Program-made: the position numbers and the translations under genes
Notes under the pieces: generated by a model
The model's input: the letters and a program-made list of their open reading frames with translations, nothing else
Told to the model about the DNA's origin: nothing
Databases searched by the model: none
Assembly: GCA_004431415.1 (NCBI GenBank)
Contig: QPMI01000524.1
Span: 209,572-273,571 of the forward strand
From: Cyanophora paradoxa CCMP329
Lineage: Eukaryota; Plantae; Glaucophyta
Direction: 5' to 3'
DNA length: 64,000 bases
Shown: positions 34,370 to 43,135 of the stretch, piece after piece
Layout: each line of letters opens with the position of its first letter
Numbering within the stretch: the first letter of the stretch is position 1

Positions 34370-35320
34370 ATGAGACCCCTTACCATTGAACAGTTCATTG
34401 CGAAGAGTCAAACCGCCCATGGTGACAAATTCGGATATGACAAAGCAATTTACAAATCTTATAATGATAAAATAACACTCTTCTGTAAGACTTGTAATGA
34501 GTATTTCGACATAAACGCTGGAAGTCATCTATGTATGGCTAAAAAAGTAAATAACGGTGGCTGTCCTTCTTGTAGAAACAAGAAACTGCATGATGAGCGA
34601 AAGAAACCACAAGATCTTTTCATAGAGCAAGCCAAAGCAAAGCATGGAAACAAATATGATTATTCCCATGTGACCTACACAAATGCAACAACCAAAATTA
34701 CGATTAAGTGCAACACCTGTAACGAAACTTTCCAACAGGCGGGTTACGCACATTTGAGGGGACAAGGTTGTAAAACCTGCTTTCTTAATCAGAGCGGACA
34801 CCGCCGCCGCGATGACACCGAAACTTTCGTAATGAAAGCCAAAGAAGTGCATGGTGACCGCTACGACTATTCAAAAGTGAATTATTTCAACAAAAGAACA
34901 AAAGTGACCATAATTTGTCTGAAATGCTCTAATGAATTTGATCAGAACCCCTCAAATCACCTTAGAAAAGAGGGTTGTCCCCGTTGCAAAAACTCAAAAG
35001 GAGAACTTGCGATTGAAAAGATATTGGACGAAATCGGATTTGAGTATAAGCGACAGTTTACGTTTGAAGATTGTCGTAAAACGAAGGCTCTACCGTTTGA
35101 TTTCTATATACCTGCGCTGAAAATTGCTATTGAATATGACGGACAGCAACATTTCCGCCCTGTCGATGTGTTCGGTGGAGAAGAAGCATTTGAGCAACTT
35201 AAAATTCGTGATCAAATCAAAACTCGCTATTGCGAAGCAAACAATATAAAACTCTTACGCATCCCATACACAGAAACTGATATTGAGCGGTGCATTAAGA
35301 ATTTCCTAATATCTCTGTAA
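34370..35320 (+). CDS. DUF723-like zinc-ribbon repeats plus Vsr/DUF559-like PD-(D/E)xK endonuclease
   Basis: Three F...A...HG.KYDY...Y.....K.T..C..C...F.....HL..GC..C repeats, then LPFDFYIP..KIAIEYDGQQHF...RD..K..YC..NNIKLLRIPY. Confidence 0.85.
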   Translation: MRPLTIEQFIAKSQTAHGDKFGYDKAIYKSYNDKITLFCKTCNEYFDINAGSHLCMAKKVNNGGCPSCRNKKLHDERKKPQDLFIEQAKAKHGNKYDYSHVTYTNATTKITIKCNTCNETFQQAGYAHLRGQGCKTCFLNQSGHRRRDDTETFVMKAKEVHGDRYDYSKVNYFNKRTKVTIICLKCSNEFDQNPSNHLRKEGCPRCKNSKGELAIEKILDEIGFEYKRQFTFEDCRKTKALPFDFYIPALKIAIEYDGQQHFRPVDVFGGEEAFEQLKIRDQIKTRYCEANNIKLLRIPYTETDIERCIKNFLISL

Positions 35321-35389
35321 TCTCTAAAACCATTGTCAGTCACATTTCGTTATTTTTATCTGTCTTTATTAAGAAAGATATACAATACC

Positions 35390-36172
35390 ATGGATGACAT
35401 TCCCGAATTTAATGCTGGCGAAATGATTAAACCACCGTTCCGTGTCCTCGCAATCGGAAAAAGCGCGACGGGCAAGTCAGAAGCGGTAAAGTATTGGCTA
35501 AAACAGTTACATGATGCTAAAAAAATCGATGTTGTTCTTGTTGTAAGTGGGACTAGCTTCAATCATTTTTGGGATAAGGTAGCGACATTACAACTGGGTA
35601 AATGGGATGCACCTTACATCGCCAAATTGCTGGATGAAAGGCAAGAGAAAATAGAGAAAGGAGAACCTGTAAACCAACTATGTGTTGTCCTCGACGATTT
35701 AATTGATAATGAGATTGTCGACCTGACCCGGGACAAGATTATAGGGAGCCTTTACAGTAGAGGGCGTCACTCCAAAATATCGATTATCTGTATCACACAG
35801 AAACTGCGTAAGGTGTCTTCAACCATTCGCGTTAATTCAGATTATGCAATGTTCCTCAGTGCCGCCAATCGCAAAGAACTGGAAGCCATTGAAGAAGAAT
35901 ACAATATTATGCGGGATAAAGACGCTTTCTATAAGATGTTTGAGGAATACGTACATTCCTATCAGTTTCTCATTTGGTCATCCGCGGATTATTCGGTAAA
36001 GTATTATGTAGATAAAGCGGATCTCGTTAAAGACTTTGGGTTTCCTCGGTTCCACAGGAAGCCAAAAAAGAAAGAAGACGAATTAAAACCGCCCGAGAAG
36101 GAGGAAGCACCAAAAGAGATTAAAAGCGCTGTTCACACGAATAAATTGATGCGATATAAGAGAGGGCTTTAA
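35390..36172 (+). CDS. A32-like genome packaging ATPase (FtsK/HerA superfamily)
   Basis: Walker A GKSATGKS, Walker B VVLDD, arginine finger RGRH..IS....TQ, and IR.N.DY. ATG at 35390. Confidence 0.95.
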   Translation: MDDIPEFNAGEMIKPPFRVLAIGKSATGKSEAVKYWLKQLHDAKKIDVVLVVSGTSFNHFWDKVATLQLGKWDAPYIAKLLDERQEKIEKGEPVNQLCVVLDDLIDNEIVDLTRDKIIGSLYSRGRHSKISIICITQKLRKVSSTIRVNSDYAMFLSAANRKELEAIEEEYNIMRDKDAFYKMFEEYVHSYQFLIWSSADYSVKYYVDKADLVKDFGFPRFHRKPKKKEDELKPPEKEEAPKEIKSAVHTNKLMRYKRGL

Positions 36173-36200
36173 AAATATCTTCCATATAAATAAAGATACA

Positions 36201-36932
36201 ATGCCGCCAAAACGTAGAGGTGTTCCCGCTGGTGCTATGTCATATTCCGGCGGTGAAAGCCATGGCTCTATCAACACTACACCTATGCAATTTAATGGAA
36301 TGAATGAAATCAAACCATCGCAACAGGAAGAAGACCCTCTTAATGCTGCCTATGAAGAATCCCCTGATGACAAGGCACCCCAAGCTTCTACAAGCGATCA
36401 GCTCAATATATCGCCGGATGCCTCTAAAATGAAGGCGGTCGGTGAGGGTGCCCGTCGTATTATTGGTGCTGCGGATGATCGTGGATTAGGTCTTAAAGAT
36501 CTTGCACTTGCTCGCAAGGGTGAAGGTGTTTCGAAAGAATCGGACAAGGTCATTCAATCTATGGCTGGTGAGGTGGCTTACAAGGCTGCACCAACTCAGA
36601 ACATCCACCGAATCCCGAAGGCTCAATGGGATGAGATGACCGCTAAATTGAAGGATCTCGAAGCGAAATCAAGCGCGCTTGAACAGTATGTTACAGAGAA
36701 GAAAGAACGCGCTAAAATCAAGGAAATGCTGCGTAAAGAAGTATTCCGAATGGGAATTACTGGACTGCCCGATAAACAGTTCATCGGCAAGAAAGAGACA
36801 CAAATAGATGAACAAGCGGTGGATGAGTTGAAGACAAAGACCCAAAAGGGAACCATTGAGCCTGGGGCTACCAAAGCGGAAGTCAGCAAAGGCGTTGCTC
36901 CCACAGCATACAAGCGGAGAGTTTGGCTTTAA
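36201..36932 (+). CDS. Hypothetical viral protein, charged/coiled-coil
   Basis: 243-aa ORF tightly packed after the ATPase with an AT-rich leader. Confidence 0.7.
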   Translation: MPPKRRGVPAGAMSYSGGESHGSINTTPMQFNGMNEIKPSQQEEDPLNAAYEESPDDKAPQASTSDQLNISPDASKMKAVGEGARRIIGAADDRGLGLKDLALARKGEGVSKESDKVIQSMAGEVAYKAAPTQNIHRIPKAQWDEMTAKLKDLEAKSSALEQYVTEKKERAKIKEMLRKEVFRMGITGLPDKQFIGKKETQIDEQAVDELKTKTQKGTIEPGATKAEVSKGVAPTAYKRRVWL

Positions 36933-36968
36933 AGTCGTTCAAAAATGTTTTTTCCATGGCTAATATAA

Positions 36969-37217
36969 ATGGACGATACTATTAGTGTAATCGAATTTAC
37001 CGGTGATGAACCTATTGCTGACAGATACATAAGAAGCGTTTTAGCGAAGCAAAAACGATACAGGGAAGACCCGGTATATAGAGAGCGTGCGAAACAGCAA
37101 GCCTTAGCATCATATTACCGACGAAGAGAACAGAAAGATGTGGTGAGGAATAGAGGGAGACCGATTAAATATGGCTGTGAATATCTGCAAGACAAAGATG
37201 AACCCGACCATATTTAG
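36969..37217 (+). CDS. Small basic protein with AT-hook-like RGRP motif
   Basis: 82 aa; YYRRR...RGRPIKY. Confidence 0.6.
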   Translation: MDDTISVIEFTGDEPIADRYIRSVLAKQKRYREDPVYRERAKQQALASYYRRREQKDVVRNRGRPIKYGCEYLQDKDEPDHI

Positions 37218-37333
37218 AGCGGGTCTTAATATGAATTCCCTTGCAATAGGGACAGGTCGGCTCCATAAACGCCATTATAAGGTCAACTAATTCGTATGGG
37301 AACACGCGAGCAAGCAACAGCCTCATTCCCTTT

Positions 37334-37343
37334 TATTTTCTCC
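37334..37343 (+). promoter_or_regulatory. Putative promoter motif TATTTTCTCC (also at 37893, 38462, 44535)
   Basis: Exact 10-mer found four times, 11-32 nt upstream of ATGs. Confidence 0.65.
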
Positions 37344-37375
37344 AATATTTAATACGTTGCTTTCTTGTAGGATCG

Positions 37376-37789
37376 ATGAATTTCATCACACAATGCATTG
37401 AGATGTTTCACTTACATTTTACGAGCACGTGCCACAACTCCTGCTGCGACACAACCGTAGAGGTTGATATTTCGGATGAGGATAACGGAGGTAGGCGATT
37501 ATCTGTGTATTCTAACCACAGCGATAATCATGATCGCCATCGATCACGATCACCCTCACCTGTGCCCGCTGCCATGAGCTCTAATATAGAAGCCACTCAG
37601 ATAGAGGATGTACAAATAGAGTATGTTAGAAGGCGCTCATGTCCCGAATTTGCAGAAGGGCATTTCCGCGCTGATTCACCTTATCCGATGTATAGATTGG
37701 ATCAAATGGCATTGAGCGACGATGAAAACTTGACAAACCCTTATGTATATCCTCAGCAGCAAGAAAGACCTGTATGGAACGGGTATTGA
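37376..37789 (+). CDS. Hypothetical viral protein
   Basis: 137-aa ORF preceded by TATTTTCTCC; low-complexity RSRSPSP segment. Confidence 0.55.
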   Translation: MNFITQCIEMFHLHFTSTCHNSCCDTTVEVDISDEDNGGRRLSVYSNHSDNHDRHRSRSPSPVPAAMSSNIEATQIEDVQIEYVRRRSCPEFAEGHFRADSPYPMYRLDQMALSDDENLTNPYVYPQQQERPVWNGY

Positions 37790-37913
37790 GCGGTGAATTT
37801 CGGTGGCGCTTTTATCGATTCGAGGGCAAAAAATGAAGGTTTCGGTAAAAGGTATATAAAGGCAAGGGAAATAATACAGAGTGACAAAAAAATATTTTCT
37901 CCTGTTAGAGTAA

Positions 37914-38327
37914 ATGGCGGAACCCAAGATTTCTAACAAAGAGGCGATGGCAACACAGCAGGAAAAGCACAGACCCGGGCGACCAAGGAAGGTGCTCACA
38001 GAGGAGGAGAAAGCGGAGAGATTGAGATTAAAACGCGAGAAAGATGCCGAACGGCAGCGAAACAAGCACCAAAGGCAAAAGGAGGAGCGAATAGCCGCAG
38101 GAGAAGCGACTGTATTTACCCCGGAGCAGCTACATAAGATTGCACTCCGTAAACAGCAGCGATACCAAGACGATGAAGAGTATCGGGAGAAAATCCGGGA
38201 GAAGGCACGGGAATACCAACGCAGAAAAAGAGCGGAACGAAAGCTGAATCCGCCCGCAAAAACGCAGCCGCAAAAGCCCGCTGGAAGACCCCGAAAGCAT
38301 GTCGTCGAGAATGTGGAAAATCCGTAG
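37914..38327 (+). CDS. Basic helical protein with two AT-hook-like GRPRK motifs
   Basis: RPGRPRK and PAGRPRK flank an R/K/E-rich helix. Confidence 0.7.
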   Translation: MAEPKISNKEAMATQQEKHRPGRPRKVLTEEEKAERLRLKREKDAERQRNKHQRQKEERIAAGEATVFTPEQLHKIALRKQQRYQDDEEYREKIREKAREYQRRKRAERKLNPPAKTQPQKPAGRPRKHVVENVENP

Positions 38328-38499
38328 TGAAAAGTATCCAAACGATGCAAAAAATGACTAATTTTTTACCTCCCCTTTTATTCGTCTAACCGGTCAAAAA
38401 AGCACTTAAAGAATTGACAACAAGGGTATGAAAGGAAGGATTTGGTAGATTGCGCTATAATTATTTTCTCCACTTATTTTAGGAGAACTAATAGACAAG

Positions 38500-41400
38500 A
38501 TGCCTCGGGCAACGAATAGAATCGCTAACAAAGTTCGGGAGGAGATTATTGGGTACATCATGATGGGATTGAGTCAGGATTTACTGACAGAAGAGCAGGC
38601 GCATTGGGCGATGCACAGCACAATGAACAGGAAGCCCAAGCTCCAAACATTGATCGACGTTCGGGATACTCTGAGTGGTATCATTACTCCCGCTCCGGTG
38701 CCTGTAAACAGAGAGAGGGAGTATCGAAATCGCATTCTCGATCAGTTGGATGGTTTCGATGCGGGAACCACAGCCACTGTTCAGTTCCAAATTTGGGGGG
38801 ATGGATCAGGAAAGCGCTCGAATGAGCAGTTCTTTTTTCGTGGGAGAAAACTCGTTCCCTATCGCCGGCATCAAGAAACAGCGACAGTTGATGTCCTGAG
38901 GCGGTGGGCAAGAATGACAAACGGAGACTTGGGGGTCGCAACCTCCGCAGATGAGAGTATATTTTGGGAAGAAGAGGGTAAACTGCTGCTCGGAAAGGCT
39001 CAGTTCGAGGAATCGCTGCGGCAGGTGTTCTTTGGCGATACCCTTACCGCATCACAGGAACAAATGTTGAAAATCATGAATCTTTGGGACAGCTTTGATT
39101 TTCTTGTAGAAATAACCGGCATCACAGTTCACGGGGCAGGTGAAGAGCCGGTGGACTTTCTTGATCAACCCCTCAGAGAGAGCATGAGATGCACCGCGGC
39201 TGTCAGCAAGTATCTTGACTACAAGCTGAACCCGAACGCTGCAACCATCGAGGAACTGATAGAGCTACCTCAGTCCTCAGAATCGAACGCCTGTGGCTAC
39301 GATTTAATTATTTCTCAGTGGGGCAGATGCATAGAACGATGCCAAAAGGAGTCCAAACCGCGCTACACAGGTATTAAAATGACCAAAGAGGGTCTATTCA
39401 AGTTCTTTCACGGTAGGGAATATCAGCCCGGGGATTCTCTTGCGCTCACGTTGCGACAGCTCGAAAAGTTCTGCAAGAAGATCAACACGGGATTCAGGGT
39501 GTTTGATGTCAATGGACAGCTCAAATACAAGTTTGAGTCGAGCACAGTCTCTCGGATCCGACCGCAAATAATCCATTTCATGGTTCACAATCGCCACATC
39601 TACATTTTCAACGACAACATCAAGTCCCTCGAAATGCGGGTCGCGAAAATGAGCCTCGAAGAGGTGGAGGGCGAAAAGCCGCCGCCGAAATCAGCGCTTG
39701 CATCCTATAAAATCCCGACGGGAATGACCTACGATATATTCGCGTTCACCTCCAAGGATCTGTTGAAAATCACGGAAATGCAGCTGAACCCCGATGAGTC
39801 CGCATATGTAAGAATTCTATATACCGGAGGGCTTCCGGAGCTACTCCTAACGTTCCTAAAAATGAAATACGAGCCTTCTGTGTCGCTGACTGTCTCAAAG
39901 CAGATCAGGAAAATTTCGTTCAAGGCAAACGGCTCTATGTTCACTATCACAGATCCACGCATGACTGATCACATGATAGAGCAGGAATTCGAGACCGAAG
40001 ACTATTATAAGAGGGTCGCAGAATATGAGAAGGGGTTTAGGGAAGCTCTCATTCACGCAGGGAACATTTCGTTTTACAGCCCCACAATTCGCCAAGTGTT
40101 TACAAGCTACAAACGATCGGCTTTGAGTGGCTATTTCGTCATGCCCGACCCTAACAAAGTATACACAGCCGTAGATATGGCAAAGTGCTATCCTGCCATG
40201 CTGAAATCAATGGAGTTCCTTCCAAGGTTTAATGTGTTTGACGATTTCGTTCCTTTCAGAAAGGGCAGCGAAATTCTCGAATATGCTATTTACTTTGTGA
40301 GGGTCTTCGGGTTCGAGAGGACGGATCCCGATGATGAGGATATAGACTTTGATATGGCACGTGCACGCAAGATAGAAGGCATTGAGATTGTACTCGATCG
40401 CGCTTTCGCTTCCAATGGTCAGTGCTACAATTTCCTCACAGGCTACACCATGAAAATGCATTGGAAGGACATAGAGAGCCGCATAGAAATTGTTGCGGTC
40501 GCTGAGCCGTCCCATCTCGTTCCCAACACAGCGACAGCTGAAATTGGAAAGGTTCTTGCAAGCGATCTACACAAAGCCGATAAGAAGCACATTCTCGTAA
40601 AAGAGATTGGAATGCTCGGAAAAATGAAAGACTCGAAAAGCTCAACCAAAATGTTCTATGACAAGGGCGAAGCCGAAGCCTATGCCAAGGAGACAGGCGG
40701 CGCAATTGATGTCTTTACCTTTGGAGCTAAGAACGCGAACCTTGTAAAAGAGCTCGACGATTTCGAGGGTCACATATATTTCGTGAAGAACGATTTTCAC
40801 AGGGATCTCGTGAACGGATTCCTTCCGATCCACTTCCATATTTACGATCGCAATCGTGCACACATGTTTGCTAAATACAAGGAGCTGACAGCAAAGGGTC
40901 GCAAGGTGGTGGGCATTAGAACCGACTGCCTTTATATTGAGGGCTCATACAAGAGCAAGGAGGAATTTGATCGCAACGACTTTGAGAACATTGGAAGATT
41001 CAGCTTTGTTCCGAATCAAACCTGCCCGGAAACACCTATACGCGAAAGGAGGGGCATAGTCGTGGAGGTAGTAGACCCGGAGACGAGAATGAACCGTTTT
41101 CAGTTGAGAGACGAATTTAATCAGGATCATTTCAATCAGACAGTGGAGAAATTCGACCGGACTCTGATCCTTGCTGAATCGCCGGGATCCGGCAAGACTA
41201 CTGCGGGAATTAATTATTTCGCGACCAAAAAGGGTGAGAGCTTAGTGATCTGCCCCTATAATAAGCAGTGTGCGGAGCTTCGCGATTCCCTCAAAGCCCG
41301 AGGGATCACCAATATTTCTGTTCGCACTTTATACAATGTTCTCGGAATCCGAGTTTCTAATGATCAGACCTGTGAGGAAACCATGAGCGAGAGCGATCAG

Positions 41401-42534
41401 AGAGCATTCGTTTCGCAGTTCTCTCACATAATGTTCGATGAGGTATTTGCCTATAATATCAGCGACCTTGCAAAAATAAAATCCTTTATGGATAGGTATC
41501 CCACAATAAAATATTTGGCAAACGGGGATACCTACCAAAACGAGCCAATTAACGATGCTCTCTCTGTCTCTGACAGGAAGGCTTACTATAAGCGGGCGGT
41601 CGAGAGCATGTTCTGCAATATTCTGACTCTGAGAGTGAATAAACGCCACAAGAGCGAAGCCGACAGGCAAACCATTGCGGCAATCAAGAAGGATCTGTTC
41701 AAGGATAGATTTTCGAATGCCGAAGTGATCGAGAAATATAAGCTACCAAAAATCGACAGTCTCAGCACCATCCCGAATGGATTCTTTGGGATCGGATACA
41801 GAAACGAGACGACCCTTCTCTATAATAAGGAGATGCATAGGAGACGAGAGGCACCTGCAAACGCAATTACAGTCAACGAAATTGCTTTCTACTGTGGCTT
41901 GGAAATAGTGTGCCGAAAGTATCTTCGCATCTCTCGCTCAAAGGAAGAGGTCATTAATGCATACGTTAATTACACCTATCGGATCAGCAAGATAAATTCA
42001 AAGATGGTGACCCTTGTAGACGTGTTTGATGATGTAGCTTTCGAAATGCCATGTGCTTATTTGGAGCACTTCTCGCTGCCCTATGCTGGAACAGGTCATT
42101 CAACACAGGGACTCACAATTGATTCGGGGATCGTCATTTGTGAAGCCACCTTTCCCTATACGACACGCGAGTGGTTCTACACAGCACTGACACGAAATCG
42201 CGACCTGTCTCAGATACTGATTTACACACCCATTCACAAGTACCCAAAGAGGAGCGACTATATGGAATCATTCAAGGCAAAAGTGCGCGCATACAAGGCA
42301 CAGGATCAAAGGGCGGGTCGCGAATTCGTAGAGGCGGATTATATTACACCGGAGTGGATATTGGAGCGCAAAAAGCAACAGAAGGGCGCCTGTGCTTTAT
42401 GTTCCCTACCGATTCCGGCTGAGGCGCAGGATCCCAATTACAGGCTCGTCGTGGATCGCATTAATAACAAGCGCCCACATGTTAAAGATAATTGTCAGCT
42501 TGCCCATCATGGGTGCAATTGCAGCAAAAAGTAG
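38500..42534 (+). CDS. Multidomain replication protein: putative OTU-like Cys protease, divergent family B polymerase, SF1 helicase and HNH-like nuclease
   Basis: NACG...HNRHIY. PolB motifs A (DMAKCYP), B (KHILVKEIGMLGK) and C (GIRTDCL). Helicase motifs GSGKT, FDE, GDTYQNEPI, HSTQGLTI and YTALTR. C-terminal CALC...DRINNKRPHVKDNCQLAHHGCN. Confidence 0.88.
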   Translation: MPRATNRIANKVREEIIGYIMMGLSQDLLTEEQAHWAMHSTMNRKPKLQTLIDVRDTLSGIITPAPVPVNREREYRNRILDQLDGFDAGTTATVQFQIWGDGSGKRSNEQFFFRGRKLVPYRRHQETATVDVLRRWARMTNGDLGVATSADESIFWEEEGKLLLGKAQFEESLRQVFFGDTLTASQEQMLKIMNLWDSFDFLVEITGITVHGAGEEPVDFLDQPLRESMRCTAAVSKYLDYKLNPNAATIEELIELPQSSESNACGYDLIISQWGRCIERCQKESKPRYTGIKMTKEGLFKFFHGREYQPGDSLALTLRQLEKFCKKINTGFRVFDVNGQLKYKFESSTVSRIRPQIIHFMVHNRHIYIFNDNIKSLEMRVAKMSLEEVEGEKPPPKSALASYKIPTGMTYDIFAFTSKDLLKITEMQLNPDESAYVRILYTGGLPELLLTFLKMKYEPSVSLTVSKQIRKISFKANGSMFTITDPRMTDHMIEQEFETEDYYKRVAEYEKGFREALIHAGNISFYSPTIRQVFTSYKRSALSGYFVMPDPNKVYTAVDMAKCYPAMLKSMEFLPRFNVFDDFVPFRKGSEILEYAIYFVRVFGFERTDPDDEDIDFDMARARKIEGIEIVLDRAFASNGQCYNFLTGYTMKMHWKDIESRIEIVAVAEPSHLVPNTATAEIGKVLASDLHKADKKHILVKEIGMLGKMKDSKSSTKMFYDKGEAEAYAKETGGAIDVFTFGAKNANLVKELDDFEGHIYFVKNDFHRDLVNGFLPIHFHIYDRNRAHMFAKYKELTAKGRKVVGIRTDCLYIEGSYKSKEEFDRNDFENIGRFSFVPNQTCPETPIRERRGIVVEVVDPETRMNRFQLRDEFNQDHFNQTVEKFDRTLILAESPGSGKTTAGINYFATKKGESLVICPYNKQCAELRDSLKARGITNISVRTLYNVLGIRVSNDQTCEETMSESDQRAFVSQFSHIMFDEVFAYNISDLAKIKSFMDRYPTIKYLANGDTYQNEPINDALSVSDRKAYYKRAVESMFCNILTLRVNKRHKSEADRQTIAAIKKDLFKDRFSNAEVIEKYKLPKIDSLSTIPNGFFGIGYRNETTLLYNKEMHRRREAPANAITVNEIAFYCGLEIVCRKYLRISRSKEEVINAYVNYTYRISKINSKMVTLVDVFDDVAFEMPCAYLEHFSLPYAGTGHSTQGLTIDSGIVICEATFPYTTREWFYTALTRNRDLSQILIYTPIHKYPKRSDYMESFKAKVRAYKAQDQRAGREFVEADYITPEWILERKKQQKGACALCSLPIPAEAQDPNYRLVVDRINNKRPHVKDNCQLAHHGCNCSKK

Positions 42535-42631
42535 GGTCAAAAAATTGTCGGAAATTAATTAGGGAGAGGGCAAAAAATGACAGGTTTGGTAACTCCCTCG
42601 GTCAATCAAACAAGCAAGTAAGTCAAGCGAA

Positions 42632-43117
42632 ATGGAACAGTACATTGCATACTTCAAGGCGAACAAGATTGCCTATAAGGATGTCACGAACATTTTCAGT
42701 CGGGATTTTGGAAAAGGCTTTGTACGAATTACAGAGCTGGCGATGAAGACCCCTGACATCGTGTATATTGGTCAGATTAAGAACATATCACCCGTGATGA
42801 GACTTGTATGTGGTTTTCAGAATAGTGAGATCCTACTGATGAAGAACGACAACTGGTGCTCTGACGCCAAGTTTACGGAATTCCGAGTTAAATCATTTGT
42901 GGAAGGTAAACTACCCACATGTGTTGTGTGTTCTGATGATCAGACCACCGGATTAGGCTGTGGGGTTTGCTATTCCACTGTGTGTGAGAGTTGCTGGCTG
43001 AAAATGAATAAAAAAGGCGATTTCAAGTGTCCTTTGTGCAGAACCAAAATTGGAGCACCCTGCAAGGAGCAAATTGGCGAAACGCTGTGTGTTTACATGC
43101 CGATGCAAGAAAAATAA
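42632..43117 (+). CDS. RING-finger protein (putative E3 ligase)
   Basis: C-terminal CVVC-x9-CGVC-x4-CESC-x11-CPLCR. Confidence 0.8.
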   Translation: MEQYIAYFKANKIAYKDVTNIFSRDFGKGFVRITELAMKTPDIVYIGQIKNISPVMRLVCGFQNSEILLMKNDNWCSDAKFTEFRVKSFVEGKLPTCVVCSDDQTTGLGCGVCYSTVCESCWLKMNKKGDFKCPLCRTKIGAPCKEQIGETLCVYMPMQEK

Positions 43118-43135
43118 ACATGTTTAATAAAAAGA

